A stretch of 64,000 nt of DNA from an uncultured Candidatus Saccharimonadales bacterium. GTDB lineage: Bacteria > Patescibacteriota > Saccharimonadia > UBA4664. Each line of letters starts with the position of its first letter. Position 1 is the stretch's first letter. A model generated the notes under the pieces. That model made no database searches. It saw nothing but the letters and a program-made list of their open reading frames with translations, and was not told the origin of the DNA. The DNA is taken from NCBI GenBank assembly GCA_964609585.1, contig CAZSRA010000002.1:46820-110819 (forward strand). Reading direction: 5' to 3'. Both the position numbers and the translations under genes were made by a program. This document shows, piece after piece, positions 38,211 to 48,593 of the stretch.

Positions 38211-40643
38211 TTAGAGGTCGTTATGAGCAAATACGCGGCGTTTTACCAGTTCTACCAAAAGCAGATAGAGCACCACAATAATTAGGATGGCGCTAAACGC
38301 ACCTAATGGCAGCATTGAGAATCCGAAGTAGGTGGCGAGTGGGCTTAGAACAAGAGCGTAACCAAGGAGAACGGTACCGAGCGTGCTCATAACAAGATAG
38401 GGGCTAGGACGACTTTGGATGAATGGGAATTTGTGCGTGCGGATAACGTAGACTACAAAGGTTTGGGTAGCCACGGATTCGAGAAACCAGCCGGTTTGGA
38501 ACTGGCGAGCGCCGAAGTGGAACACAAGGATGAGCAGGCCAAAGGTGGCAAAGTCGAAGATTGAGCTTAAGGGCCCGAAGGTCCACATGGCGTGTTTGAG
38601 CGCGGTGATGCTGAGTTTGCGCGGGCGTTTAAGACCTTCAGGATCGACGCCGTCGAGGGGTAAGGCAAACTGGGAAGTGTCGTAGAGGAGGTTGGTGAGG
38701 AGGATTTGAGTGGCTTGCATAGGCAAAAAGGGTAGGAACAGGGAGCCACCGGCCATAGAAAACATGTTCCCAAAGTTGCTGCCGAGGGACATCATGAGGT
38801 ATTTCAGAGTATTGGCATAGGTACGACGGCCTTCGATGACGCCGTTTATGAGGCTATCGAGGCTTTTGCGCAAGAGGATGAGGTCGGCGGTGGCTTTGGC
38901 GACGTCGACGGCGTTATTTACGGAAATGCCAATATCGGCGGCTTTTAGGGCTGGGGCGTCGTTGATGCCGTCGCCGAGGTAGCCGACGACATGGTGATTG
39001 GCGCGGAGTTGTTCGATGATTTGGAGTTTTTGTTCGGGATTGACGCGGGCGAAGATGGTGGTTTTTTCCACGGCATCGCGCAACTGCGGGCGACTGAGTT
39101 TTTCGATGTCGGCGCCGCTGAGGATGCCGGTAATTTCGAGCCCAATGTCGTCGGCGATTTTGCGGGTGACGAGGGCGTTGTCGCCGGTGACGATTTTGAC
39201 GCCGATGCCGTAGTCGCGCATTTGGATGAGGGTGGCCTTCACGGATTGTTTGGCGGGGTCGAGGAAGGCCATGAAGCCGACAAAAGTGAGGTCGTGCTCA
39301 ATACTGGGCTCGTAGCCGACACTTTGGGGGACATGGTGGATGGCCACGGCTAGCACTCGGAAACCTTCTGAACTGAGGTGCTCGTATTGGGCTTGGACAA
39401 GGCTCTTGACGCTTTCGAAGGGACGGCCGTCGAGGTATTTGCCACTGAGGCGCATAATTTCTTCGGGTGCACCTTTGGAAATGAGTAAACGGCCTTTGTG
39501 ATGAGCTACAACGACGGATTCGCGCTTGCGCTCGAAGTCGTAAGGAATTTCATCGAGCTTGGTGTAGGCTTTGATATCAACGGTTTTGTAAGCGCGGACG
39601 GCGGTGTCGAGGGGGTTTTCGAAGCTGGTAGTGAAGACACTGGCAAGATAGCCGTAGAGCAGGACATCGTCGGATTCGACGCCGAAACCATCGACATGGC
39701 GGACGAGGGCGATGTGATCTTCGGTAAGGGTGCCGGTTTTGTCGGTACACAATACATCCATGGAGCCGAGATTTTGGATGGAGGCGAGGTGTTTTACGAT
39801 GACACCATGCTTGGCCATGGCGAGCGAGCCCTTGGTGAGATTGAGGGTGATGATGAGCGGCAGGAGTTCGGGCGTGAGGCCAACGGCTAAGGCCACACTA
39901 AAGAGCAGAGCTTCAAGTGGGCTATGACGAAAGAATACATTGAAGGTGAAGATGACGATAACGAGAAATGAGGTGATTTTGATGATGAGGAGGCTGAAAT
40001 CTTTGATTTCGCGGTCGAACTCGGTGGGGACATTGGTGGACGAGACGGTATGGGCCAAATGAGAAAATTTCGTGCCGGCGCCCGTGCGTTCGACCGTCAT
40101 GGTGCCGGTGCCGCTGATTATGCTCGAGCCCAGATAGAGTTGGGCACTTTCGGGCTTGGGGACAGGAAAGGACTCGCCGGTGAGGGAAGATTCGTTGGCG
40201 GAGAGGTCTTTGCCTTCGAGTACAGTGCCGTCGGCGGGAATGAGACGACCGGCGGTGAGTTTGACGACATCGCCGGGGACGAGGGCGGCGAGGGGCAGCT
40301 GGATCCAATGATGATCGCGCAGCACATCGGCTTCCACGCGCACGCGGTCTTTCAGGGCTTCGGCGGCGCGCTCGGAGCGGTAGCTATTGGCAAAATCGAT
40401 GACGGTACTAACGAGTACAATCGCAATGATGATGACGAAGCTGACGCGATCGCCGAGAAAACCGGAAAGGGTGGCCGCAAACATAAGGATGATAACGAGT
40501 GGATTGGTGAAGCGAGATAGAAACGATAGGAAGGCTGGGCGATGTTTTGTTTCCGCCAGCATATTGGGGCCGTACTGCCGCAGGCGCTTGGCGGCTTCGC
40601 GGCTCGTGAGGCCCGTGGTTTTGGGTTTGGGTTTCTCATTCAT
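38211..40643 (-). CDS. mgtA: P-type ATPase, Mg2+-importing MgtA-like (type IIIB)
   Basis: Phosphorylation motif CTDKTGTLT; TGDNALVTRKIADDIGL; GDGINDAPALKAADIGISV; 10 TM. Start placed at ATG 40643 (MNEKPKPK...); the ORF track runs to 40796 in the leader. Confidence 0.8.
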   Translation of the reverse strand: MNEKPKPKTTGLTSREAAKRLRQYGPNMLAETKHRPAFLSFLSRFTNPLVIILMFAATLSGFLGDRVSFVIIIAIVLVSTVIDFANSYRSERAAEALKDRVRVEADVLRDHHWIQLPLAALVPGDVVKLTAGRLIPADGTVLEGKDLSANESSLTGESFPVPKPESAQLYLGSSIISGTGTMTVERTGAGTKFSHLAHTVSSTNVPTEFDREIKDFSLLIIKITSFLVIVIFTFNVFFRHSPLEALLFSVALAVGLTPELLPLIITLNLTKGSLAMAKHGVIVKHLASIQNLGSMDVLCTDKTGTLTEDHIALVRHVDGFGVESDDVLLYGYLASVFTTSFENPLDTAVRAYKTVDIKAYTKLDEIPYDFERKRESVVVAHHKGRLLISKGAPEEIMRLSGKYLDGRPFESVKSLVQAQYEHLSSEGFRVLAVAIHHVPQSVGYEPSIEHDLTFVGFMAFLDPAKQSVKATLIQMRDYGIGVKIVTGDNALVTRKIADDIGLEITGILSGADIEKLSRPQLRDAVEKTTIFARVNPEQKLQIIEQLRANHHVVGYLGDGINDAPALKAADIGISVNNAVDVAKATADLILLRKSLDSLINGVIEGRRTYANTLKYLMMSLGSNFGNMFSMAGGSLFLPFLPMQATQILLTNLLYDTSQFALPLDGVDPEGLKRPRKLSITALKHAMWTFGPLSSIFDFATFGLLILVFHFGARQFQTGWFLESVATQTFVVYVIRTHKFPFIQSRPSPYLVMSTLGTVLLGYALVLSPLATYFGFSMLPLGAFSAILIIVVLYLLLVELVKRRVFAHNDL

Positions 40644-41180
40644 AGTTATATTATAGCTTGGATTCGGCCAGGGCGGTTGCTTGAGATCAACAGCGCCGAC
40701 AGGATCAGCGAATGTTGCTGTATAAACAAAACACCCGGCCAGTGAGGTCGAGTGTTTTAGAGAATAATTCCGAAGAACCCGGAGCCAGCTCGTCATTTTG
40801 CCTTGCGGTTGTGCCTTGCGGTAGTACCTATCGGGTAAAAGAGTCTGGGGCGGATTGTCATCACGGAACTGTTAGTTCTGTGATCGCGTCTTTGGTGCAT
40901 TTTATGCAGGGGGTGAGCTAACCTTGTAAAGGTCAAATCTGGTGGAGCTTAGCTACCTAATTTTAGTTAGGCCTTTGGCTGTCAGATTTGAGGTTTTTAT
41001 CGCACTAGGTGCGATGGGTTGAGCATAAGCTCTTGTGCTCCGGAAAACTTCCGAAAAAGTCCTTTTGGGGCACATAGGTAAATTCAGATTAATGAATACA
41101 CTTGGTGTCACAAATGGCTTGGATAGATATTTTATTTTCAACCGTTGTGTAGCTTATCACGCTTTTGATTTATTGTCAAC
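40644..41180 (-). promoter_or_regulatory. Long (~500 nt) untranslated leader of the mgtA-like gene; candidate Mg2+-responsive riboswitch/attenuator (unverified)
   Basis: No credible ORF on either strand. The RNA-sense strand contains GGTTAGCTCACCCCCTGCATAAAATGCACCAAAGACGC (around 40925..40861), which shares GGUUAG and CCAAAGACGC with my recollection of the M-box consensus. A TTGACA box sits near 41170. Confidence 0.3.
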
Positions 41181-42117
41181 TTCTGTTGAGAATTAATTAT
41201 TGGGGGGTGACAGCAAGAGAGCATGCCGGCGAGAGGAGGGAGGGGGCGTCCTCACTCTCGCCGGTTCCCGCGCCGCGCGCGGGACCTCGGGTGGCGCATC
41301 GTCCATGACTATCCGGCGCCGCGCCGGAACAGCCGATGGATTGGTCGGCCCGAGGAGACATTGGGGATGGGCAGATCCCCGGGGTGGGCCTGCGCACTAG
41401 TCGTAGAACAGGAGCTTCATCTCCGAAGTCCTTTCTGATCTTGTCAATGGACGCGGGGGTGTCGACGACATAGCGGGCTCGTGCCGCGGTCGCCAGTGAC
41501 CTCTTGGGCCCTTCGTCGCAGGGTCGGCCTTCGTGGCCGCTTGCTCAGACTAGAGTACCTAGTAGTAGGGCGCAGTGAGGTCCGTCTTGAGGATGATCAA
41601 GCTTATCACCTCCTTTCCCTGCTATCGCGGGGGCCCCAAGGCAGGGCCCGCCGAGTCGTCAGGAGATCTCGGTCACGGCGGTCGAACCGCGCATGCGGAT
41701 CAACATCCTACCACCTCCTAGGGTAACAGGGACGGCCATGAACCTGGCCGTTAGCCCAAGAACAAACTTGGCTTCGTCGCAGACATGGAACTCGCCGCGA
41801 GTTCGTGAAGGCTGCGCGCCAGGCTAGGTTTGGGCGAATGCGCTAGCTAGGCTAGTGCACAGTGCTGAGTCGGCGTCAATCGCGACGAATCGTCGGACGA
41901 GTCATCGCGAAACGCCGACCGCCGGCCGCGGCCGAGGGTCAGAACAGAATGGTGGTGCGGGTGCTGCGGTGGGCGCCGGCGGTGGTGCCGGCGCGGATCT
42001 TGGTGGACATGGTGTTTGTGTCCCTTCTCGTGCGTTGGACGCACAGAGGAGAAGTTCCCGCCGCAGGTAGGGCGGGGTCTTGCAAACCGGTATGCGCACC
42101 AGACCTTCTGGTTTTGG

Positions 42118-42173
42118 CTACCGGGGTTTGAATCGCCATAGCTTGGAAACTCAAATCCCGGTAGCACTTTTTG
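42118..42173 (+). terminator. Long hairpin plus T-run (intrinsic-terminator-like) ending the high-GC non-coding block
   Basis: CTACCGGGGTTTGA-n19-TCAAATCCCGGTAG (14-bp stem with one G-U pair) followed by CACTTTTTG. Confidence 0.4.
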
Positions 42174-42254
42174 CTCTCTTGCTGTCAAGGTTTTTTCCGC
42201 TCATTAGAGCAGAATGTTCACTACATTAACTCTTGTTTTATGTTTTGTCAATAC

Positions 42255-43475
42255 TTAGTGTTTGTCAGCGCTAGCGCAGATTGAGCAAGCCGAAACTGTG
42301 CGCGAATCTTTCAGCCAGAGCTTGGCGGCGTCCATAATGGGCAACATGTCGTAGTAGCCAACGAAATCGGCGGCGAGTCGGAGCCAGTGAGCAAGAAGTC
42401 CAAAGAGATGCTGCTTATGCCATTCAGCAAATGCCCAATTCTTCCCTACCGGCAAAACAGTGATGGGCTCGAAGGGCCTGTAGATGGAGCGGGGCTGACC
42501 GGCGAGTGCGCGCGGTAGGTCGCCTGCCACATATTTAGCATCATGAAGGGCGGTTTGGGCCATGCCCGAGAAGGGCGTGAGGGCGTTGTCGCCAATGACG
42601 TAAATGTCTTCTGATGCCTGCAAGTGATCGTCGACGGTGACTTTGCCGTTTTTGGCGAGATTGAAATGGGCGGCATTGGCGGCATAAAACGGGCTGGCGG
42701 CAACCCCGGACGTCCAGACAACGGTTTGGGTTTTAATGGAGCTATTTTCAAACTGGAGCTCGGTCGGGGTTTGGCTTTTAACAGCGGCGTTTAGTAGAAC
42801 TTGTACGCCGAGGGATTCGAGGCGGCGTTTAACGCGAGCCGAGACGACTTCGGTGTTGCGCGGTAAGAGTCGGGGCATCGCTTCTACGACGACGACTTTG
42901 TATTTGCGGGATTTAAGGTTGTGGAGCTCGGTAAGGTGATTCAGGTATTGGCCGAGGGAGGCGGCGAGCTCAACACCCGTCGGGCCACCACCGACCACAA
43001 CAAAGCTTTGCGTAGGATCATAATTTAGTACCTGATCATGCAGGCGCTGGCGGAACTGATTGACGCTTTCGGTGGATTTAATGCCCAAGGAGTGTTCGGC
43101 GAGGCCTTTGATGCCAAAATAGTTGGTGATATTGCCGAGAGCTAGTACGAGTTTGTCGTAGTGATAGCTGGTGTTACCGTCTGCGGACGTAACGGTGTGC
43201 TTTTCGGGATTAATAGTTGCGATGGTGTCTTGCACTACCTTGACCTTGGTGTGGCCAAAAATTTTACTCAAAGGGATGGCGGCAAGTGGATCGTAGCCAC
43301 CGGTTGCAGTGTGGTAGAACTGAGGATAGTAGGCCAGATGCGACAGGCTGGAGATGAGGGTGATGTCGTAATCTTCGTGGCCGGCGAGCCTGAGCGCCGT
43401 TTTCGCGCCGCCGAAACCACCACCGATGATGAGAATTTTGGGATTGGACTTTGGCATCTTAGCGTTGGCCCTCAC
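42255..43475 (-). CDS. ndh: Type II NADH:quinone oxidoreductase (NDH-2)
   Basis: ILIIGGGFGGAKTAL (FAD GxGxxG), a second dinucleotide motif VVVGGGPTGVELAA, 406 aa. Confidence 0.8.
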   Translation of the reverse strand: MRANAKMPKSNPKILIIGGGFGGAKTALRLAGHEDYDITLISSLSHLAYYPQFYHTATGGYDPLAAIPLSKIFGHTKVKVVQDTIATINPEKHTVTSADGNTSYHYDKLVLALGNITNYFGIKGLAEHSLGIKSTESVNQFRQRLHDQVLNYDPTQSFVVVGGGPTGVELAASLGQYLNHLTELHNLKSRKYKVVVVEAMPRLLPRNTEVVSARVKRRLESLGVQVLLNAAVKSQTPTELQFENSSIKTQTVVWTSGVAASPFYAANAAHFNLAKNGKVTVDDHLQASEDIYVIGDNALTPFSGMAQTALHDAKYVAGDLPRALAGQPRSIYRPFEPITVLPVGKNWAFAEWHKQHLFGLLAHWLRLAADFVGYYDMLPIMDAAKLWLKDSRTVSACSICASADKH

Positions 43476-43731
43476 GGGTGACCCTGGATAATGCGAGCCG
43501 GTAACGGGCGGAGACGGTGCCTACTATAATGACCGCGAGGTAGATGAGGCCCGTTGTACAGGTCTGGATCATATGGGCTGGATAGGCCGCCAGGAGGTAA
43601 AAACCCGTAGCTACGGTTGCTGCGGTGAAGCTATACGAAAGACGAAGCTTAGACTTTGATGGAAAGAAAAATGCGTAGGTAGTGGTAGCAATACTAGACA
43701 AGGCAATGACGACGTGTAAAAGGATAATCAT
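43459..43731 (-). CDS. Small membrane protein (hypothetical)
   Basis: 90 aa, three hydrophobic helices, lying between ndh and cyoE. Confidence 0.35.
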   Translation of the reverse strand: MIILLHVVIALSSIATTTYAFFFPSKSKLRLSYSFTAATVATGFYLLAAYPAHMIQTCTTGLIYLAVIIVGTVSARYRLALSRVTREGQR

Positions 43732-43752
43732 ATAGCGAGTATAGCGCAGTTT

Positions 43753-44613
43753 TTAAGGCAAGAATACGGAAACGGAGATCATGAAACTAAAGCTTGCAAT
43801 AACAATAAGTGAGAAGCGGAAAAGTTTGCGCGCCCAGATAGGATCGTCGGTGGTTTTCTTGAACCCATCAAGGCATAGTTTGAACCAATAGAGGCCCAGC
43901 CCGAGCATAACAATGGCGTAGGTGAATCCTGTGTACTTAAAGAGGGTTAAAAGATTTGTTGCCACGAGGAACCAAGCGATGTAGGTGATCATCTGCAGCT
44001 TGGCGGCGCGGATGCCGGACGTTACGGGCAAGACTGGGATACCGGCGGCGGCGTAATCGCGGAGCCGGTAGATTGCGATGGCGTAGAAGTGAGGCATTTG
44101 CCAGAGGACAAGGATGAGAAAGAGCAGGCTAGCGCCGAGGTCGAACCGGCCGGTGACGGCGGTATAGCCGACGACAATGGGCACCGCCCCAGAGACGCTG
44201 CCAACGAGCGTGCCGTAAACTGAGCGCCGTTTACTATAGCCATAGAGCAGGACGTAGAAAATAACCCCTGTAAGGGCCACTAAAACGGTGACGAGGTTGG
44301 TAAAGCAAATGAGAAGGCTGAAACCGATAAGGCCCAGTAGGCTTCCGTAGATGAGCGCGTTGGTCGGCGAAATGAGCCCGGTGACGAGGGCACGGTTTTT
44401 GGTACGAGCCATCATGCGGTCGATGCGACGGTCCATGACGTTATTGAAAACGCAGGACGCGGCGATGACGAGCGAGATGCCAATGAGGGTGGCAAGGAAT
44501 AGAAGGGGGTGAACGTGGCCGCGGGAGGCAAGCAAAAAGCCACCAATGGTGGTGATGGCATTGCCGCGGATGATACCGGGTTTGGTGAGGTAATAGTAGT
44601 CTTTTAGCTTCAT
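43753..44613 (-). CDS. cyoE: Protoheme IX farnesyltransferase (heme O synthase)
   Basis: UbiA-family motifs NNVMDRRIDRMMARTKNRAL and YSKRRSVYG; 286 aa; immediately downstream of cyoABCD and the polyprenyl synthase. Confidence 0.85.
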   Translation of the reverse strand: MKLKDYYYLTKPGIIRGNAITTIGGFLLASRGHVHPLLFLATLIGISLVIAASCVFNNVMDRRIDRMMARTKNRALVTGLISPTNALIYGSLLGLIGFSLLICFTNLVTVLVALTGVIFYVLLYGYSKRRSVYGTLVGSVSGAVPIVVGYTAVTGRFDLGASLLFLILVLWQMPHFYAIAIYRLRDYAAAGIPVLPVTSGIRAAKLQMITYIAWFLVATNLLTLFKYTGFTYAIVMLGLGLYWFKLCLDGFKKTTDDPIWARKLFRFSLIVIASFSFMISVSVFLP

Positions 44614-44615
44614 GG

Positions 44616-45512
44616 TTATTTTTGCCTGCTTATGGTGAAGTCGGCGAGACCTGTGAGGAGGGTTTTAAGGTAAGGATCGGCGGTGAGTTTGGGGACGAGA
44701 GCCTTGGCCTCGCGGACATAGGTTTTTGCCTGAGCCTGAGAATGGGCGCGCGCGCCGCTATCCTCAAAAATCTGCCGGATGGCTTGGTGTTGCTCAGGAG
44801 TGATTTTGCCTTGCCCGTAAGTAGCGGTTAGAATTTGTCGCTGGGCGGGGGCGGCGTGAGCTAGGGCATAGGTGATGAGGAGCGTGGTTTTATTTTCGGT
44901 GATGTCAGATGTGGCGTCTTTGCCCGTAACGGCCTCCTGACCAAACACGCCCAGAATGTCGTCTTGGATCTGGAAGGCTAGGCCAACATTTTCACCGAAT
45001 TGCTTAAGTATGGCAAGACTAGCATCGGTGGCGCCACCCAAAACCGCGCCGGCTTGGAGCGGCCCAACAATGGTATAGGTGGCGGTTTTGAGCTTTTGCA
45101 TTAAGATGATGTCTTCGGCGCGGCGAGCCTCATAGGGACTTGAGAGCTTTATATCGAGCATTTGGCCACCGATCGTATCCAGAATAATTTGCGAGAAAAG
45201 CGAGAGAGCGCGGTTCTTGGCTTCAGCTTGGAATTTGCTATCGGCTAGGAGTTTGGTGGCCAAAAAAAAACTCACATCGCCAAGACACAAGGCTTGTGAC
45301 TGACCATAATGGTCGCCGCCGAGCGCCTCGTGGAGACTTGGGTGGCCACGACGAAGGGGGCTTTTGTCGATTATGTCGTCATGGACGAGCAGGCCGGCAT
45401 GGAGAATTTCGAAAGCGGCTGCCGGGGTGAGAATGGCACGATTTTCGGGCTCACCGGTGAGCTGATAGCCAAGCTTTACGAGGGTACCACGCAGGGCTTT
45501 GCCGCCAGACAC
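44616..45512 (-). CDS. trans-Polyprenyl diphosphate synthase (FPP/GGPP synthase-like); true N-terminus probably upstream (to ~45655) but lacks a canonical start codon
   Basis: FARM LLVHDDIIDKSPLRRG and SARM FQIQDDILGVFG. In-frame upstream sequence (PPQAAFQTYLVRAAGEVAGELNRVLDSWRIDINAKTGQQLASPFEHFADG) is clearly homologous to polyprenyl synthase N-termini, yet contains no ATG/GTG/TTG back to the stop at ~45660. Confidence 0.8.
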   Translation of the reverse strand: MSGGKALRGTLVKLGYQLTGEPENRAILTPAAAFEILHAGLLVHDDIIDKSPLRRGHPSLHEALGGDHYGQSQALCLGDVSFFLATKLLADSKFQAEAKNRALSLFSQIILDTIGGQMLDIKLSSPYEARRAEDIILMQKLKTATYTIVGPLQAGAVLGGATDASLAILKQFGENVGLAFQIQDDILGVFGQEAVTGKDATSDITENKTTLLITYALAHAAPAQRQILTATYGQGKITPEQHQAIRQIFEDSGARAHSQAQAKTYVREAKALVPKLTADPYLKTLLTGLADFTISRQK

Positions 45513-45664
45513 GCCATCCGCGAAATGCTCAAAGGGACTGGCGAGCTGCTGGCCGGTTTTGGCATTTATATCGATGCGCCAAGAATCTAGGACGCGATTT
45601 AACTCACCTGCGACTTCGCCAGCAGCGCGAACGAGATAAGTTTGAAAGGCAGCCTGAGGAGGGG

Positions 45665-46033
45665 TTATTTTGATATCCCTTCATCTTTCATGACGGCGGC
45701 ATTTGTATCGGCGGGCGAGCGCATGTTGTAATTGAGGTTAGCCATGATCCAGAGTGATCCAAAGACGAGAGTAACGAGCACAACGAGCATGAAGAGGAAG
45801 ATCATGAGATTCCAGCGAGGCTTGGACTCCTGGCCGAGATGCAGGAAGAAGAATAATTGGATAATGAGCTGGACAACGGCCAAGACTACAATGGCTGTTA
45901 TGAGCGTACGACCCGAAAATAGATGACGCGTAACGCTGAAATAGGCAGCGAGCGTGAGGCCAACGGAGAGCACAAAACCCGTGATATATGAGGCTAGACT
46001 GCCGTGACTGGTTTCGACTTTCGAGTGCTTCAT
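45665..46033 (-). CDS. cyoD: Cytochrome bo3 ubiquinol oxidase subunit IV
   Basis: [32 protein letters not shown]..., three TM. The ATG overlaps the cyoC stop (ATGA). The ORF track's longer start at 46186 lies inside cyoC. Confidence 0.75.
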   Translation of the reverse strand: MKHSKVETSHGSLASYITGFVLSVGLTLAAYFSVTRHLFSGRTLITAIVVLAVVQLIIQLFFFLHLGQESKPRWNLMIFLFMLVVLVTLVFGSLWIMANLNYNMRSPADTNAAVMKDEGISK

Positions 46034-46602
46034 GATTGCAGGGCTCCGAGAAGATAAACAATGGTGAAGATAAAGATCCAGATGATGTCGAGGAAGTGCC
46101 AGAAGAGGCTCAGAAGCGTGAGACGCCTGGCAACGGCTGAATCTAGGCCGCGTCGCAGGATTTGAACCATCATAACGGCCATCCATAGGAGGCCGGTAGT
46201 GATGTGGAGGCCATGAGTACCAACGAGGGTGAAGAAGGCGGAAAGGAAGCCGCTGCGCTGCCAGCTATTGCCTTCTGAGGCGAGGTGGCTGAATTCGGTG
46301 ACTTCCATGGTGAGGAAGGCAATGCCCAGTAGGAACGTTAGGGCAAACCAGATGAGAACCTGATTTTGTTTGCCGCGGCGTACAGCGAGGGTGGCGAGGC
46401 CGGCGGTGAAGCTGCTCGTGAGCAGGATGAGTGTCTCGGTGAGCACAAACGGTAGGCTGAACAATTCGCGAGCAGAGGGTCCACCGAAGGTGTTTCCATG
46501 TAGTACAGCATAGGTCGCAAAGAGAGCGCCAAAGAGGATACAGTCGGTCATGAGGTAGACCCAGAAACCGAAGGTAGTTTTGGTAGTGGCTTCGGTGCTC
46601 AT
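46030..46602 (-). CDS. cyoC: Cytochrome bo3 ubiquinol oxidase subunit III
   Basis: 190 aa, five TM; [22 protein letters not shown]...[13 protein letters not shown] is typical of CyoC/Cox3. Confidence 0.9.
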   Translation of the reverse strand: MSTEATTKTTFGFWVYLMTDCILFGALFATYAVLHGNTFGGPSARELFSLPFVLTETLILLTSSFTAGLATLAVRRGKQNQVLIWFALTFLLGIAFLTMEVTEFSHLASEGNSWQRSGFLSAFFTLVGTHGLHITTGLLWMAVMMVQILRRGLDSAVARRLTLLSLFWHFLDIIWIFIFTIVYLLGALQS

Positions 46603-48593
46603 ACTCCCCCTTCCATTTTTTCGACCTCGGCGGCGGTAATAGTGTATTCGGTATCGTCGTCAGTGGTGCGGATAATGATGGTCGTGAGCACGCCAATAAG
46701 GCCGATGACGGCTAGCCACCAAATGTGCCAGATTACAGCGAAGCCGGCGAGAAAAGCGAAGCCGGCGATGAAGATGCCCATGGGGCTATTTTTGGGCATT
46801 TCGATGTCTTCATATTTTGGCTTGGAGGAGGCTTTGATGGCAGATTTTTGCTTGGCTTCCCAGAAAGGGTCGCGGTCGTGGACTTCCGTGAGGACGGCGT
46901 AATTATATAGGGGTGCTGGCGAGGTAGTAGACCACTCGAGGGTACGGCCGTTCCACGGATCCCCGGTGGTGTCGAGATTGTCCCTTCGCTGCCAGACGCT
47001 AACGATCATTTGGAGAATTTGGAAGCCGATGCCAGCACCGATTACGAGCACGCCAACCCCAGCCACAATGAACAGTCCCTGCCAGCCCATGGATGGGTCG
47101 TAATGGTCGAGGCGACGGGCAGCACCCATGAGACCGAGGATATAGAGCGGAATAAAGGCCAGCAAGAAGCCTATAAACCAGCACCAAAAGGCATAGCGAC
47201 CGAGGCGCTCATTGAGCTTGAAACCGAAGATTTTCGGGAACCAATAGGTAATGCCAGCAAAATAGCCAAAGATGACGCCGCCAATAATCATGTTGTGAAA
47301 GTGGGCCACGAGAAAGAGGGTGTTGTGAACCTGGAAATCGATGGCGGGCACACTCATGAGCACGCCGGCCATACCGCCGATAGTGAAGGTAACGACAAAG
47401 GCGAGGAACCAGAGCATGGGGGTGGCGAAATTGATGCGGCCGCGGTACATGGTGAAGAGCCAGTTGAAGACTTTTACGCCGGTGGGCACGGCAATAACGG
47501 CGGTCATGATGCCAAAGAAGGCGTTGACGTCGGCACCCGCGCCCATGGTGAAGAAATGGTGCAACCAGACGATGAATGAGAGGAACGTGATAGCACCAAG
47601 CGCCCACACCATTGAGGTGTAGCCAAAGAGTCGTTTGTGTGAGTAGGTTGCGACAACCTCAGAGAATACTCCAAAGGCGGGAAGCACGAGGATGTAAACC
47701 TCGGGGTGACCCCAGGCCCAAATGAGATTCACATACATCATGGCGTTACCACCGAAACCGGAAGTGAAGAAATGCATCCCCAGGGTGCGATCGAGCGCGA
47801 GCATGGCGAGTGTGGCAGTGAGGATGGGGAAGGCGAAGGCGACCAGAGCCATGGCGTTTAGGACGGACCAGACGAAGAGTGGCATTTTCATGAGCGTCAT
47901 ACCAGGGCGGCGGAGCTTTAGGATGGTAACGAGGAAGTTTAAACCTGAGAGGAGGCTGCCGATGCCGGCGATTTGCAGGCTCCAGATCCAATAATCGACA
48001 CCAACGCCAGGACTGTAGGCGAGCTCAGACAGCGGCGGATACGCAAGCCAGCCGGTGGCGGCAAACTCCCCGACTACGAGCGAGAGGTTTATGAGTATGC
48101 CACCGGCGACATAGAGCCAGAAACTGGCTGAATTCATGAAGGGAAACGCAACGTCGCGGGCACCGATTTGCAGGGGGACGATGAGGTTAATGAGGCCAAA
48201 CATGAGGCCCATGGCCACGAAGAAGATCATGATGGTGCCGTGAGCTGAGAAGACTTGCTGGAAGGTATCGGCGGAAACGATGCCGTGGGAACTGCCGACA
48301 GATAGGATTTGCTGGGCACGCATCATGCCGGCATCGGCGGCACCGCGCAGGAGCATGAGAAAGGCAACGGCGATGTACATGACGCCGATTTTCTTGGGGT
48401 CGAGTGAGGTGAGCCATTCGGTCCAGAGCCATTTTACGAGCCCGATAGCCCAGCCCCAACGCTTGAGGTATGTTAGGAGAGCGGCAACAGCAATGGCACC
48501 GAGAGGCGCGCCAATGAGCAGAGAATTTACGGCGAGCCCGGTGATGCCGTCATGATGCAACGCGTTTAGCGTGAGGTTTCCAAGGGGTTTCAT
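46599..48593 (-). CDS. cyoB: Cytochrome bo3 ubiquinol oxidase subunit I (heme-copper oxidase)
   Basis: 664 aa, near-collinear with E. coli CyoB ([15 protein letters not shown]...[19 protein letters not shown]...WLHHFFTMG...HFHNMIIGG). Confidence 0.95.
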   Translation of the reverse strand: MKPLGNLTLNALHHDGITGLAVNSLLIGAPLGAIAVAALLTYLKRWGWAIGLVKWLWTEWLTSLDPKKIGVMYIAVAFLMLLRGAADAGMMRAQQILSVGSSHGIVSADTFQQVFSAHGTIMIFFVAMGLMFGLINLIVPLQIGARDVAFPFMNSASFWLYVAGGILINLSLVVGEFAATGWLAYPPLSELAYSPGVGVDYWIWSLQIAGIGSLLSGLNFLVTILKLRRPGMTLMKMPLFVWSVLNAMALVAFAFPILTATLAMLALDRTLGMHFFTSGFGGNAMMYVNLIWAWGHPEVYILVLPAFGVFSEVVATYSHKRLFGYTSMVWALGAITFLSFIVWLHHFFTMGAGADVNAFFGIMTAVIAVPTGVKVFNWLFTMYRGRINFATPMLWFLAFVVTFTIGGMAGVLMSVPAIDFQVHNTLFLVAHFHNMIIGGVIFGYFAGITYWFPKIFGFKLNERLGRYAFWCWFIGFLLAFIPLYILGLMGAARRLDHYDPSMGWQGLFIVAGVGVLVIGAGIGFQILQMIVSVWQRRDNLDTTGDPWNGRTLEWSTTSPAPLYNYAVLTEVHDRDPFWEAKQKSAIKASSKPKYEDIEMPKNSPMGIFIAGFAFLAGFAVIWHIWWLAVIGLIGVLTTIIIRTTDDDTEYTITAAEVEKMEGGV

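Noticed and set aside
40861-40925. Confident call of an M-box riboswitch
   Set aside because: Only the 5' blocks (GGUUAG..., CCAAAGACGC) resemble the consensus as I remember it. The 3' half and its spacing do not. It is kept only as a low-confidence candidate needing a covariance-model search.
41597-41620. GATCAAGCTTATCACCTCCTTTCC, resembling the 3' end of 16S rRNA (GGATCACCTCCTTTC)
   Set aside because: The match is only ~12 nt with no flanking rRNA-like sequence. It is better read, on the opposite strand, as a consensus Shine-Dalgarno site for a tiny ORF. It is not an rRNA gene fragment.
45665-46186. 173-aa cyoD with a long N-terminal extension
   Set aside because: The extension overlaps cyoC in another frame. 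The internal ATG at 46033 overlaps the cyoC stop (ATGA) and yields a CyoD of typical size.
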